A DNA stretch of 64,000 bases, from the NCBI GenBank assembly GCA_964621595.1, contig CAZUPO010000001.1, positions 14,758 through 78,757 on the forward strand. Direction: 5' to 3'. The position numbers were made by a program, and so were the translations under genes. The notes beneath the pieces are model-generated. The model was not told the origin of the DNA. It saw only the letters and a list, made by a program, of their open reading frames with translations, and ran no database searches. The DNA is from an uncultured Candidatus Saccharibacteria bacterium (GTDB lineage Bacteria; Patescibacteriota; Minisyncoccia; Phycocordibacterales; UBA5272). Each line of letters opens with the position of its first letter. Within the stretch, counting starts at the first letter, position 1. Of the stretch, positions 49,821 through 58,367 are shown in pieces.

Positions 49821-50060
49821 ATGAAGGAAGGAACATATTGTCACAGTTGCCTCATGCCATTTGAAAAAGATCCGGGTGTAAGAGAACACGATAACTATTG
49901 TAGTTTGTGTTTTAAAAATGGGAAACTATGTTATGAAGGAAATGACCTACGAGAGTTTAAAAGAATGTGTTACAAAAGTATGCTCGGGCGTGGCACACCC
50001 ACACTTTTAGCAAAATTCTACACGTTTATGGTGCAATTTGCTCCGCGCTGGAAACAATAG
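49821..50060 (+). CDS. zinc-ribbon protein
   Basis: CHSCLMP..D.....YCSLCF.NG, C-terminal PRWK. Confidence 0.78.
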   Translation: MKEGTYCHSCLMPFEKDPGVREHDNYCSLCFKNGKLCYEGNDLREFKRMCYKSMLGRGTPTLLAKFYTFMVQFAPRWKQ

Positions 50061-50062
50061 TC

Positions 50063-50347
50063 ATGCAGATACGCTCTCGTGCAAAATTATGGAAATATGA
50101 GGGACCCGCCTCGTGGTATTTCATTACACTGCCAACAAAAACTAGTGATGAAATACAGAAAAGTCAGGTACACAAATCATCATGGGGTATTGTGCGAGTA
50201 CAAGCAACTATTGGTACCAGCACCTGGAAAACATCTCTCTTCCGAGACACAAAAAGAAACGCCTATCTCTTACCGATAAAGAAAGACATTCGTACACGAG
50301 AAAATCTCAGTGACGGAAAGACTGTCTCGTTTGTCCTTACGCTATAA
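50063..50347 (+). CDS. DUF1905-like protein
   Basis: W.Y.G...WYF, WG.VRV.ATIG...WKTSLF, YLLPIKK..R. Confidence 0.8.
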   Translation: MQIRSRAKLWKYEGPASWYFITLPTKTSDEIQKSQVHKSSWGIVRVQATIGTSTWKTSLFRDTKRNAYLLPIKKDIRTRENLSDGKTVSFVLTL

Positions 50348-50364
50348 ATAGCAACACTCCGGAA

Positions 50365-50823
50365 CTACTTCTTCTTTGATTTCTTTATTGCAGGATACGA
50401 AAAATCTTTTCGGAACGATACTCCGTGTGGCATGTACCCAAGAGATTTATAAAATGTATGAAGCCATTCCTTGCTGGTGTGAAGACTAGACTTGTAGTGA
50501 CCTCCCTCTTCTGTAATTTGATTTATTTTGTCCATAATTGCTCTTCCTACACCTCCACCTCGATACGCCTCGTCAACAAGAAGTCCTTCGAATATAGCGT
50601 ACGGACGACCGTCATGCTTCTTGCGATCAACACCAGGATCATGAACACCTGTTATCACCATCCCCCAACCAAATTCCTTCTTTGTTTTCTTATCGACCGC
50701 AACAACAATCTTTGGAATAAGCGGTTTACCACGGACAACTTTAAGTGTGTAGGAACTATTCTTAGATGCTCCAGAAACTTTTGCAGGAACTTTTTTTGTA
50801 GCGTTTGCTTTTTTAGTTGCCAT
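50365..50823 (-). CDS. GNAT acetyltransferase
   Basis: VDEAYRGGGVG, FYKSLGY. Confidence 0.78.
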   Translation of the reverse strand: MATKKANATKKVPAKVSGASKNSSYTLKVVRGKPLIPKIVVAVDKKTKKEFGWGMVITGVHDPGVDRKKHDGRPYAIFEGLLVDEAYRGGGVGRAIMDKINQITEEGGHYKSSLHTSKEWLHTFYKSLGYMPHGVSFRKDFSYPAIKKSKKK

Positions 50824-50887
50824 GGTGATTATTATTGTATGAGTATGGTGTAAGCGTACCACTTAGGCTAGAGTGGTGTCAAAATGA

Positions 50888-50933
50888 CATAGGAAAAGCC
50901 GCGCGTGGGCGCGGCGTCTTCCAACCAGCGGGT
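50888..50933 (-). repeat. 46-bp trailer/terminator repeat copy 1
   Basis: Identical to 51382-51427; GCCGCGC/GCGCGGC hairpin plus TTTT on minus strand. Confidence 0.9.
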
Positions 50934-50938
50934 GATGA

Positions 50939-51283
50939 TCATTGCTGCGGGCGCGGTGGACCGATGAAGGGACTCCACTTCAACACCCCGCCGAAGGGCT
51001 CCTCCTCGCGAGCGACAACTTCAGTGCGTTCGAGGTCTTCGAGAACCTTCAGCACCTCTTCGTCGGTACATGGGCTGTAGCCCCATTCCATCAACTGACG
51101 ACCGATAGCGACGACTATCTGCCCGGTGCGCAAGGGCCCACCTTGCTCGAGGACCTCATACCTGACCATTCGGGCGAGTATCCCTAAACGCCGCTTCCCC
51201 TGCTCACGGATCCTGAGAATCTCGACCCCTCCGTAGAGAAGGGCTATGAACAGAACGGGCCAGAAATCCTGGATGACTTGCAT
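50939..51283 (-). CDS. islet array paralog 1: N-terminal TM plus winged-helix-like domain
   Basis: TTGACT-17-TAGTAT, GGAGGAGG SD; EEVL.VL..L.R...V...W. Confidence 0.72.
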   Translation of the reverse strand: MQVIQDFWPVLFIALLYGGVEILRIREQGKRRLGILARMVRYEVLEQGGPLRTGQIVVAIGRQLMEWGYSPCTDEEVLKVLEDLERTEVVAREEEPFGGVLKWSPFIGPPRPQQ

Positions 51284-51381
51284 GACACACCTCCTCCAAT
51301 TGGAATATATTCATACTAGAATAGAGGTGAGGCGAAGTCAAATACTTTCAAATAATTTAGATAGTATAAAAATAAAATTAC

Positions 51382-51427
51382 CATAGGAAAAGCCGCGCGT
51401 GGGCGCGGCGTCTTCCAACCAGCGGGT
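51382..51427 (-). repeat. 46-bp trailer/terminator repeat copy 2
   Basis: Identical to copy 1. Confidence 0.9.
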
Positions 51428-51433
51428 AAAGGG

Positions 51434-51799
51434 TTACGACGAGAGTGGCTCCCATATGTAACTCTCACCCTCCTTCTTCCGAATCACCCTCCCTTCTCGG
51501 TGCAGTTTCTCGAGAATGGTCATCACCCTTTCTTCGGATACGGGTGGTCTGAACGGGATGCTCCAGTAGTCATTGACGATGCTAGTAACCCCCACGACGT
51601 TTCCCCTACCGATCATAGGAAGTCCCCGAGTTTCGATGAACAACTCGAGCGTTTTCTCGCTCGTCTTCTTCCAAGTCAATTTGAGGTAAGCATGTTCCAC
51701 GAGCCACCGCAGGAAAGGAAACAGGCAGATCAATAACAACAACCAGGCAATCCAGTGTTGATACTTCTCCAAGATCGTGGTAACCATGGAGAGTTGCAT
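51434..51799 (-). CDS. islet array paralog 2
   Basis: TTGACC-17-TATAAT, AAGGAGGAGG SD; EERVM.ILEKL.REGRV...W. Confidence 0.72.
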   Translation of the reverse strand: MQLSMVTTILEKYQHWIAWLLLLICLFPFLRWLVEHAYLKLTWKKTSEKTLELFIETRGLPMIGRGNVVGVTSIVNDYWSIPFRPPVSEERVMTILEKLHREGRVIRKKEGESYIWEPLSS

Positions 51800-51893
51800 G
51801 ACACCTCCTCCTTACTAGGTTGGAATAATTTAATTATACAATAAAAAAATATTTTGGTCAATTCATCTTACAGCATTGAAATATAAAAATTTC

Positions 51894-51939
51894 CATAGGA
51901 AAAGCCGCGTGTACAAACGCGGCTGATCCAACAGCGAGT
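51894..51939 (-). repeat. diverged trailer/terminator repeat copy 3
   Basis: CATAGGAAAAGCCGCG..CGCGGC..TCCAAC.AGCG with altered loop. Confidence 0.8.
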
Positions 51940-51946
51940 GAGACCG

Positions 51947-52282
51947 CTACGCAGGGGTGATTTTCCACCCCACGACTGCCCTGGTCGGTACCCATACCTG
52001 GGCAACGTTACCTAGGCGTTTACGCTCAGAGAGAATGCTGAGCACCTCTTCTTGGGTAAAGCGATCTCCGTTGTCGATGAAGCCCTCATGCCACTTCATC
52101 GCGTAATCGTTAACCTGCATGAGAATTTCGTCGATCGAGGCGGGATCATTGGAGAGGTGCTGGTTGAGCAACCCCTCCAGGTATTTCCTCCTCTGTTCGA
52201 TATTCTTGCGCACAAGGAAATCTATACCCCGTGCAAAGCAGACAATCGCCAGTATGGCGATTGCAAATACGGTCATTTTCAT
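51947..52282 (-). CDS. islet array paralog 3
   Basis: TTGACC-17-TATAAT, GGAGGAGG SD; EEVL.IL....R.G.V...W. Confidence 0.72.
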   Translation of the reverse strand: MKMTVFAIAILAIVCFARGIDFLVRKNIEQRRKYLEGLLNQHLSNDPASIDEILMQVNDYAMKWHEGFIDNGDRFTQEEVLSILSERKRLGNVAQVWVPTRAVVGWKITPA

Positions 52283-52344
52283 TGTAACAAACCCTCCTCC
52301 GTTGGAATACCGTTATTATACAACAAAAAATGTTCTGGGTCAAT

Positions 52345-52755
52345 CTACTGTCCTTGAGATCGCATTTGAGGTAAGCCATCACGTAACTGTAATGTTTCCG
52401 CTGTGATACTTCCATCACTATTTTGCGTGCCCATAATGACAACAGATGATCCGGTCTTCACATCACTTTTTACACCAGTGACTGACTTCAATACTTTGGT
52501 GGTATCTGTGACAACGATTACCTTGCTTCCACCATCACGCCCCTTGAGAGTTAACATTTGATTGTCGAAAGAAATGACTTCTCCTTGAGTTACTCCCCCT
52601 CCTCCGAAACCCCTTGAAGCACGTTGTCCCCCTTGAAACTGCCGTGGAGAATCAGAAGAAGATTTCTTCATTCCAGCATAATATCCTAGACCAGAAAAAA
52701 TAACTGCGGTAATAATGAGTGAACTGTATATTTGTTTTTTCGAATGTATAAACAT
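52345..52755 (-). CDS. membrane-anchored OB-fold-like accessory protein of the efflux operon
   Basis: TM, Gly-rich linker, GEV.S.D...LT....DGGSK, G..NSDGSITA. Confidence 0.72.
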   Translation of the reverse strand: MFIHSKKQIYSSLIITAVIFSGLGYYAGMKKSSSDSPRQFQGGQRASRGFGGGGVTQGEVISFDNQMLTLKGRDGGSKVIVVTDTTKVLKSVTGVKSDVKTGSSVVIMGTQNSDGSITAETLQLRDGLPQMRSQGQ

Positions 52756-52790
52756 AGTTGTATATCTACGTGTGTAATTAGTTAGTAACC

Positions 52791-54014
52791 CTACTCATGC
52801 CGCAGGGCATCAATTGGGTTAAGAGCAGATGCTTGTCGTGCGGGGTAGTAGCCAAAGACAACTCCAATAGCAGCAGAAACGCTAAATGATAAGAGAATGG
52901 ATGAAAGAGAGGTTGAAGTTGCTATATTCATGAGACTACTTACCAAAAAAGAAATAATACTTCCTAAGACTATTCCTATCGCACCACCAACGAATGTAAG
53001 CATGAGAGCTTCAAGAAGAAACTGGAGTCGAATATCTTTATTCTTTGCTCCGATTGCCTTTCGAAGGCCAATCTCTCGTGTGCGTTCTGTTACTGTGGTA
53101 AGCATCATATTCATAATCCCTATACCACCAACAAGGAGAGAAATGCTCGCGACCGCACCGAGAAACACGGTGAAGGTTGTCGTGACACTTGTTGCCGTTG
53201 CGACGATGTCCGATTGATTAAGTACACTAAAATCAGCTTGTAATGGATTTGTTATCTTGTGGCGAGAGAGAAGTAACGCTGTCACATCGTTTTGCAATGT
53301 TACCATTGCATCCTGAGAGTTTGCAGAGATACTGATTGTGTTTACATACTCACTCCCCGCCAAGTAGCGAGACATAGTTGAGAGTGGAATAATGATTCTG
53401 TCGTCTTGGTTGTTAAAACCTGTCCCCCCTTTTGCTTTTGTAATACCTATCACGGTAAAGACGAGCCCGTTAATACGTACTGTTTGACCAAGAGGATCAT
53501 TCCCTTCTCCGAAAAGATCAATTGCGGTGGTGGGTCCAAGAACTGCGACTCTCGAGAGGCTGCGCTCATGGGTGTCTGTGATAAACGACCCTGTATCGAC
53601 TTCGATGTTTCGTACCATCGCATAATCAGAAAGAGTGCCAATTACTTGTGTATTGGTATTTTTCCCTTTAGTTGCAACCTGGTACCGCTTTGTTATATCA
53701 GGTGCTATAGCCTGGATATTTTGCACACTTTCTTTGATGGCAAGAGCATCGTCGAGAGTCAGCGTCTGCGCACTACCACGGCCTTGATTTAACCCACCGC
53801 CAAAACTACGCTGATTACCAGGCATAACCATGATGAGGTTAGAGCCGATTGACTGTATGTTGCTCTGAATAGATTGAGATGCCCCCTGTCCAATCGAGAT
53901 AAGCGCAATTACAGATCCTATACCGATCACAATACCAAGCATGGTAAGTCCGCTTCGAATTTTATTCGCGGTAATGGAAATATATGTTTCGTGAAGTAAA
54001 TCTTTGGTGGTCAT
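52791..54014 (-). CDS. MacB/FtsX-like ABC permease
   Basis: RS.LT.LGIVIG, ISLLVGGIGIMN.M..TVTERTREIG.RKAIGA. Confidence 0.93.
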   Translation of the reverse strand: MTTKDLLHETYISITANKIRSGLTMLGIVIGIGSVIALISIGQGASQSIQSNIQSIGSNLIMVMPGNQRSFGGGLNQGRGSAQTLTLDDALAIKESVQNIQAIAPDITKRYQVATKGKNTNTQVIGTLSDYAMVRNIEVDTGSFITDTHERSLSRVAVLGPTTAIDLFGEGNDPLGQTVRINGLVFTVIGITKAKGGTGFNNQDDRIIIPLSTMSRYLAGSEYVNTISISANSQDAMVTLQNDVTALLLSRHKITNPLQADFSVLNQSDIVATATSVTTTFTVFLGAVASISLLVGGIGIMNMMLTTVTERTREIGLRKAIGAKNKDIRLQFLLEALMLTFVGGAIGIVLGSIISFLVSSLMNIATSTSLSSILLSFSVSAAIGVVFGYYPARQASALNPIDALRHE

Positions 54015-54727
54015 ACGTGGTGATGTTCGCCATGTCGAACGACACTATGATTCTTTTTATCGGATATAATCTCGCCATCTTTAATATGAATAATACGATC
54101 TGCGTAAGAAGCCACGTCTGGCTCGTGAGTGATGAGTATAATTGTACCCCCTTGCTCTTTATTTATTGCTTGAAAAGTACTGAGTACAATTTGTCCAGTT
54201 TTTGTATCGAGATTCCCTGTTGGTTCATCTGCCAAAATGATACTAGGATTGTTAACAAGAGCACGCGCGATTGCAACACGCTGAATTTGTCCACCGGAAA
54301 GTTGATTTGATAAATGGTAGTAGCGAGATTCATCCAGACCTGCTTTCTGTAGAGCTTCTCGGGCTAGGTGTTCACGTTTCTCTTCTTGTATGTCGGTATA
54401 CAATAGCGGCAACATAACATTACGAAGTACCGTCGTTCTTGGAAGTAAGTTAAACGCCTGAAATACAAACCCTATCTTTGTTTTTCGAATGTCAGCGAGC
54501 GCGTCGTCTGAAAGTTTTGAAACATCGTGACCATCGAGTACGTATGTACCACTTGATGGTGTATCGAGTGCTCCCAAAATATGCATCATGGTAGATTTTC
54601 CTGATCCAGATGGCCCCATAATTGCAACGAACTCACCATCTTGTATTGTGAAAGAAACGTTTTTTAAAACTTTTGTTTCTGTATCACCATTTATATATGT
54701 TTTTGTAATGTTCTTAATTTCTATCAT
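54011..54727 (-). CDS. MacB/LolD-like ABC ATP-binding protein
   Basis: GPSGSGKS, LSGGQ.QR, LADEPTGNLD, ITHE. Confidence 0.95.
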   Translation of the reverse strand: MIEIKNITKTYINGDTETKVLKNVSFTIQDGEFVAIMGPSGSGKSTMMHILGALDTPSSGTYVLDGHDVSKLSDDALADIRKTKIGFVFQAFNLLPRTTVLRNVMLPLLYTDIQEEKREHLAREALQKAGLDESRYYHLSNQLSGGQIQRVAIARALVNNPSIILADEPTGNLDTKTGQIVLSTFQAINKEQGGTIILITHEPDVASYADRIIHIKDGEIISDKKNHSVVRHGEHHHV

Positions 54728-54730
54728 TGT

Positions 54731-56452
54731 TTATCGTCCAGTCGTCGCGCGAACAGCGCCACCACCTTGGTTACGAGAAGAACCTAGAAGTGAGAAGCCT
54801 GTTTGCTGTGTTTGGGCAGTAGTGGTTTGTGATATTGTTCTAGAAACAACCCAATCACCCTCCTCGAGACCGGAAATAATTTCTGTTACTGAATCGTTGG
54901 AAATACCTACTATAACAGATTTTCTGGTAGGAGATGTTGGGAGCTTAACCCCAGAAGTTGCATTAGTAAATGTTTGAGAAGAATCTCCGGCAGTATCCAC
55001 ATATGAAGTTGTTCCTTGGTGTTTAACTGCTTGATTAGAAACAACGAGTACATCTGGATGAATGTCAGTGATGATGTTTGCGTTCACACTCATCCCTGGT
55101 TTGATAACCTCTTCATCTGTATCGAATGCAACTTTTACATTATAGGTAACAACTCCTTGTGACACGGTACCGAGCGGACTCACTTCACTTACCGTACCAG
55201 CAAGTGTTAGATCTTCTATCGCATCAAAGGTGAGTGTGACTTTTTGGCCTAGTTTAATTTTCGTTGCATCAACTTCGTTAAGGGAGAGGTCGGCGAACTT
55301 GTTAGCTGTAATAAGTGTCACGGCACTACTTCCGGAACTGGCGCTATCACCAATCTTTACGCCAATGGCGCCTACAACTGCATCAAACGGTGCACGGATA
55401 ATTGTATTTGCATAATTCTGTTGTGCAGATAAATAATTTGCCTCCGCGCTCACAAGTTGTGCTTTTGCAATTGTTAGATCATCTTCTGTTGGTGGAGCAA
55501 CTTTGAGCGTATACGAGAGATTATTTTGTGCGAGTGTGGTGGAGGCGGCATCGATAGACTGTCCTGCTGTGATTGTACTAGAAATGAGCGAACTGACTGA
55601 GGATCGCGCCGTAGAAACTGTATTTTTGTAACTATCAATCGAGGTTGATTGAGTACCATTAAGGACAGAACTGATTGCGTCGAGGTATTGTGCTACTTGA
55701 TTAAGTCTATCTGTTGTCTTGGTTAAGTCGGTGGAAAGAGATGAATCAACGGTGAGTGTATTTAGATCATTTTTCCAAAGTGGCAACATCGCGACAATTG
55801 CAGAACGACTTGTCTCGATTTGTGATTGAACATTCTGATTGTTAAGAGGTAGTCCTGTTATAGAAAATGTTGGTGAGAGTGTGTTGGGGTTTAAGAAAAA
55901 ACTAGCCGTCTTGGTGTACACAACATCAGAGGCTTGAATATACGCGTCCTGCATCTTTGCTATAGCGTTTTGTTTTGCAGAAATAAGAGAAAGTTTGCTC
56001 GAATCTACTGCAGACTTACTAGCAAGAATCGTTTCCTCTGTAGCCCCACTTTCTGTCTTCTTATATGTTGCTTTTGCACTTTCGTAAGAAGCCTCTGCTT
56101 GTTTAAGGGAAATGAGTGCTGAACGAGAATCAAGTGAGACAAGGATTTGACCTCGTTGCACCTTTTGACCAACTGTTATTGGTATATACGTAACTGTACC
56201 ACTTGTTTGTGGCTTTAGGTCAATCTGATTTTTGACAACAACCTGACCAGTAGAAGACAGGCTGGCAATAACTGTTTCTCTTTTTACCTGTTCGAGACCA
56301 TAGAGAGTATTGTTTGAACCAACAAGAAGTGATCCGCCATAATACACTGCAACAAAGGTAACCACCACGCCACCTAGAGACCTGTACGGGTGAATGCGTA
56401 TATATTCCTTGCTTTTGTTGTAGATAGATATAATGTGATCTCGTGTGAACAT
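54731..56452 (-). CDS. efflux membrane fusion protein (MacA/HlyD-like)
   Basis: TM, lipoyl halves, long hairpin, IRAPFD, KPGMS, GL.EGD.VV. Confidence 0.9.
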   Translation of the reverse strand: MFTRDHIISIYNKSKEYIRIHPYRSLGGVVVTFVAVYYGGSLLVGSNNTLYGLEQVKRETVIASLSSTGQVVVKNQIDLKPQTSGTVTYIPITVGQKVQRGQILVSLDSRSALISLKQAEASYESAKATYKKTESGATEETILASKSAVDSSKLSLISAKQNAIAKMQDAYIQASDVVYTKTASFFLNPNTLSPTFSITGLPLNNQNVQSQIETSRSAIVAMLPLWKNDLNTLTVDSSLSTDLTKTTDRLNQVAQYLDAISSVLNGTQSTSIDSYKNTVSTARSSVSSLISSTITAGQSIDAASTTLAQNNLSYTLKVAPPTEDDLTIAKAQLVSAEANYLSAQQNYANTIIRAPFDAVVGAIGVKIGDSASSGSSAVTLITANKFADLSLNEVDATKIKLGQKVTLTFDAIEDLTLAGTVSEVSPLGTVSQGVVTYNVKVAFDTDEEVIKPGMSVNANIITDIHPDVLVVSNQAVKHQGTTSYVDTAGDSSQTFTNATSGVKLPTSPTRKSVIVGISNDSVTEIISGLEEGDWVVSRTISQTTTAQTQQTGFSLLGSSRNQGGGAVRATTGR

Positions 56453-56539
56453 GGGATGGTAATGATTGTTACTAATTAACTACAAGACACCTCTCTCGTA
56501 CATAGTACGAGTATACGCTATTTTTATTTCAAACAACAC

Positions 56540-56998
56540 TTAATGAAGATTTGTCTCTTCAAACATATCCCCCTTTCGCATTACCGCAAAGTTACCAGCG
56601 CGAACCCAGGTAGGTGTGATCTTTATAAATAACATCTTACTGCCTTCCATTTGCGCAACCGGAGGAATGGCACTATGTTCTGTTGCTCGTTTAATAAGTT
56701 TTGAAAAGTAAGCATTCTCTTCGTGGGCATCTGTTACCATCTGAGCAGTACCTTCGAATTGAATGGTTTTAGGCGGATTCTCCTCTGTAACGACGAAGGC
56801 GACGTGGGGGTTAGCAAGAATGTTTTCATATTTTTTGCTCCCTTCACGTGCAAGAAAATATAGATTCAATTGTTCATCTGCAATATAAAACACCGATGTG
56901 GCATGTGGTACACCGTCTTTGGAAATTGTAGCAAGAACACCAAGGGGCTGATTAAGAGTTTCTATTTCATTAAAAATTGTTTGGGTGGTTATAGCCAT
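56540..56998 (-). CDS. pyridoxamine 5'-phosphate oxidase-like FMN-binding protein
   Basis: VLAT...G.PH, S.KY.NI..NP.VA, Q.EG.A. Confidence 0.8.
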   Translation of the reverse strand: MAITTQTIFNEIETLNQPLGVLATISKDGVPHATSVFYIADEQLNLYFLAREGSKKYENILANPHVAFVVTEENPPKTIQFEGTAQMVTDAHEENAYFSKLIKRATEHSAIPPVAQMEGSKMLFIKITPTWVRAGNFAVMRKGDMFEETNLH

Positions 56999-57029
56999 AT
57001 ATGCTTTATAGTGTACTTTGTTTCTTGGT

Positions 57030-58304
57030 CTATTGTCCAGGAAAAAATGGTCGTGAATATGCAGGCACTTCCTCAGAAATGCGAAGTAATTCATTGTACT
57101 TCGCAAGTCGCTCAGTACGTGATAGAGATCCAGTTTTTATCTGGCCAGCACCGGAGGCCACTGCGATGTGTGCAATAGTAACATCCTCTGTCTCTCCAGA
57201 GCGATGTGAGATGATTGTTCGAAATCCATTACTGTGGGCAAGTTCTATCGCATCAACCGTCTCCGAAAGAGTGCCAATTTGATTTACTTTTATAAGAACA
57301 GCATTTCCTGCGTGCTCTTCGATACCTTTTTTGATATATGTTGTATTTGTAACAAAAAGATCATCCCCGACGAGTTGCGTTGTAGTTCCGAGTACGCTAG
57401 TTAATTTTTTCCAACCCTCCCAATCATCCTCACTCAAACCGTCTTCGATTGATACGATAGGAAAATGATCACGAAGTTTTTTTAGATACTCAATCATCTC
57501 ATCGCTTGTATACGAAACACCATCACAAGCAAGTGTATACATACCACCCTCATAAAACTCGCTTGAAGCAGCATCGAGAGCAAACACAATGTCTTCTCCT
57601 GGGTTAAGACCCGCCTCTTTCACAGCACGGGTAAGCATGATGAGTGCTTCACGGTTACTGATAGCACCAACAATCGGGAATCCTCCCTCGTCCCCTACGC
57701 CACTTACACCACGCTTATGCATAATCTCACGAAGTCGATAGAAGACTTTTGTGAGTTGCTCTAGCGCTAGTGGAAATGTCTCTGCGCGAACGGGAACAAT
57801 CATCCATTCTTGGATATCCGTAGAGTGTGGCGCGTGCTTGCCTCCATTTAAGACATTAACAAGCGGGGTTGGCAGTGAAGGCTCTTTCTGGAATGTAAAA
57901 TCTTGGCGCAAGGATTGATAAAGAGGGATATTCCTTTGGGAAGCAATTGCTTTTGCTACAGCAAGAGACAAAACAAGGAGAGTGTTTGCTCCGAGCCGGG
58001 ACTTGTTAGGAGTGCCATCTAGTTGAAGCAAGTGCATATCAAACTCTCGCTGAGAAGCAAATTCTCGGGAGATAACACTTGGAATAACTTCATTACGAAG
58101 ATAGGTAAGCGCAGTCTCAACACCCTTTCCATCAAACTTCTCACCACCATCTCGTAATTCAAGCGCTTCTCTCGAGCCAGTAGATGCGCCGGAGGGAACA
58201 CTCGCACGCCCTGTACCCCCTCCTAGAAGAGTGACATCAACCTCAAGCGTTGGGTATCCGCGAGAATCAAATATCATACGAGGTGTTACGTGCTCTAGTT
58301 TCAT
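57030..58304 (-). CDS. eno: enolase
   Basis: DSRG.PT, VPSGASTG, GDEGG, SIEDG, VGDD, SHRSGET, KTGS. Confidence 0.98.
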   Translation of the reverse strand: MKLEHVTPRMIFDSRGYPTLEVDVTLLGGGTGRASVPSGASTGSREALELRDGGEKFDGKGVETALTYLRNEVIPSVISREFASQREFDMHLLQLDGTPNKSRLGANTLLVLSLAVAKAIASQRNIPLYQSLRQDFTFQKEPSLPTPLVNVLNGGKHAPHSTDIQEWMIVPVRAETFPLALEQLTKVFYRLREIMHKRGVSGVGDEGGFPIVGAISNREALIMLTRAVKEAGLNPGEDIVFALDAASSEFYEGGMYTLACDGVSYTSDEMIEYLKKLRDHFPIVSIEDGLSEDDWEGWKKLTSVLGTTTQLVGDDLFVTNTTYIKKGIEEHAGNAVLIKVNQIGTLSETVDAIELAHSNGFRTIISHRSGETEDVTIAHIAVASGAGQIKTGSLSRTERLAKYNELLRISEEVPAYSRPFFPGQ

Positions 58305-58367
58305 ATCTATAAGTATATATCACAATTACAAAATCACCTTAGCGTGATACACTTATCTACTATAGAT

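Noticed and set aside
50888-51939. CRISPR array
   Set aside because: Repeats are separated by about 450-bp gene-containing units; no cas genes
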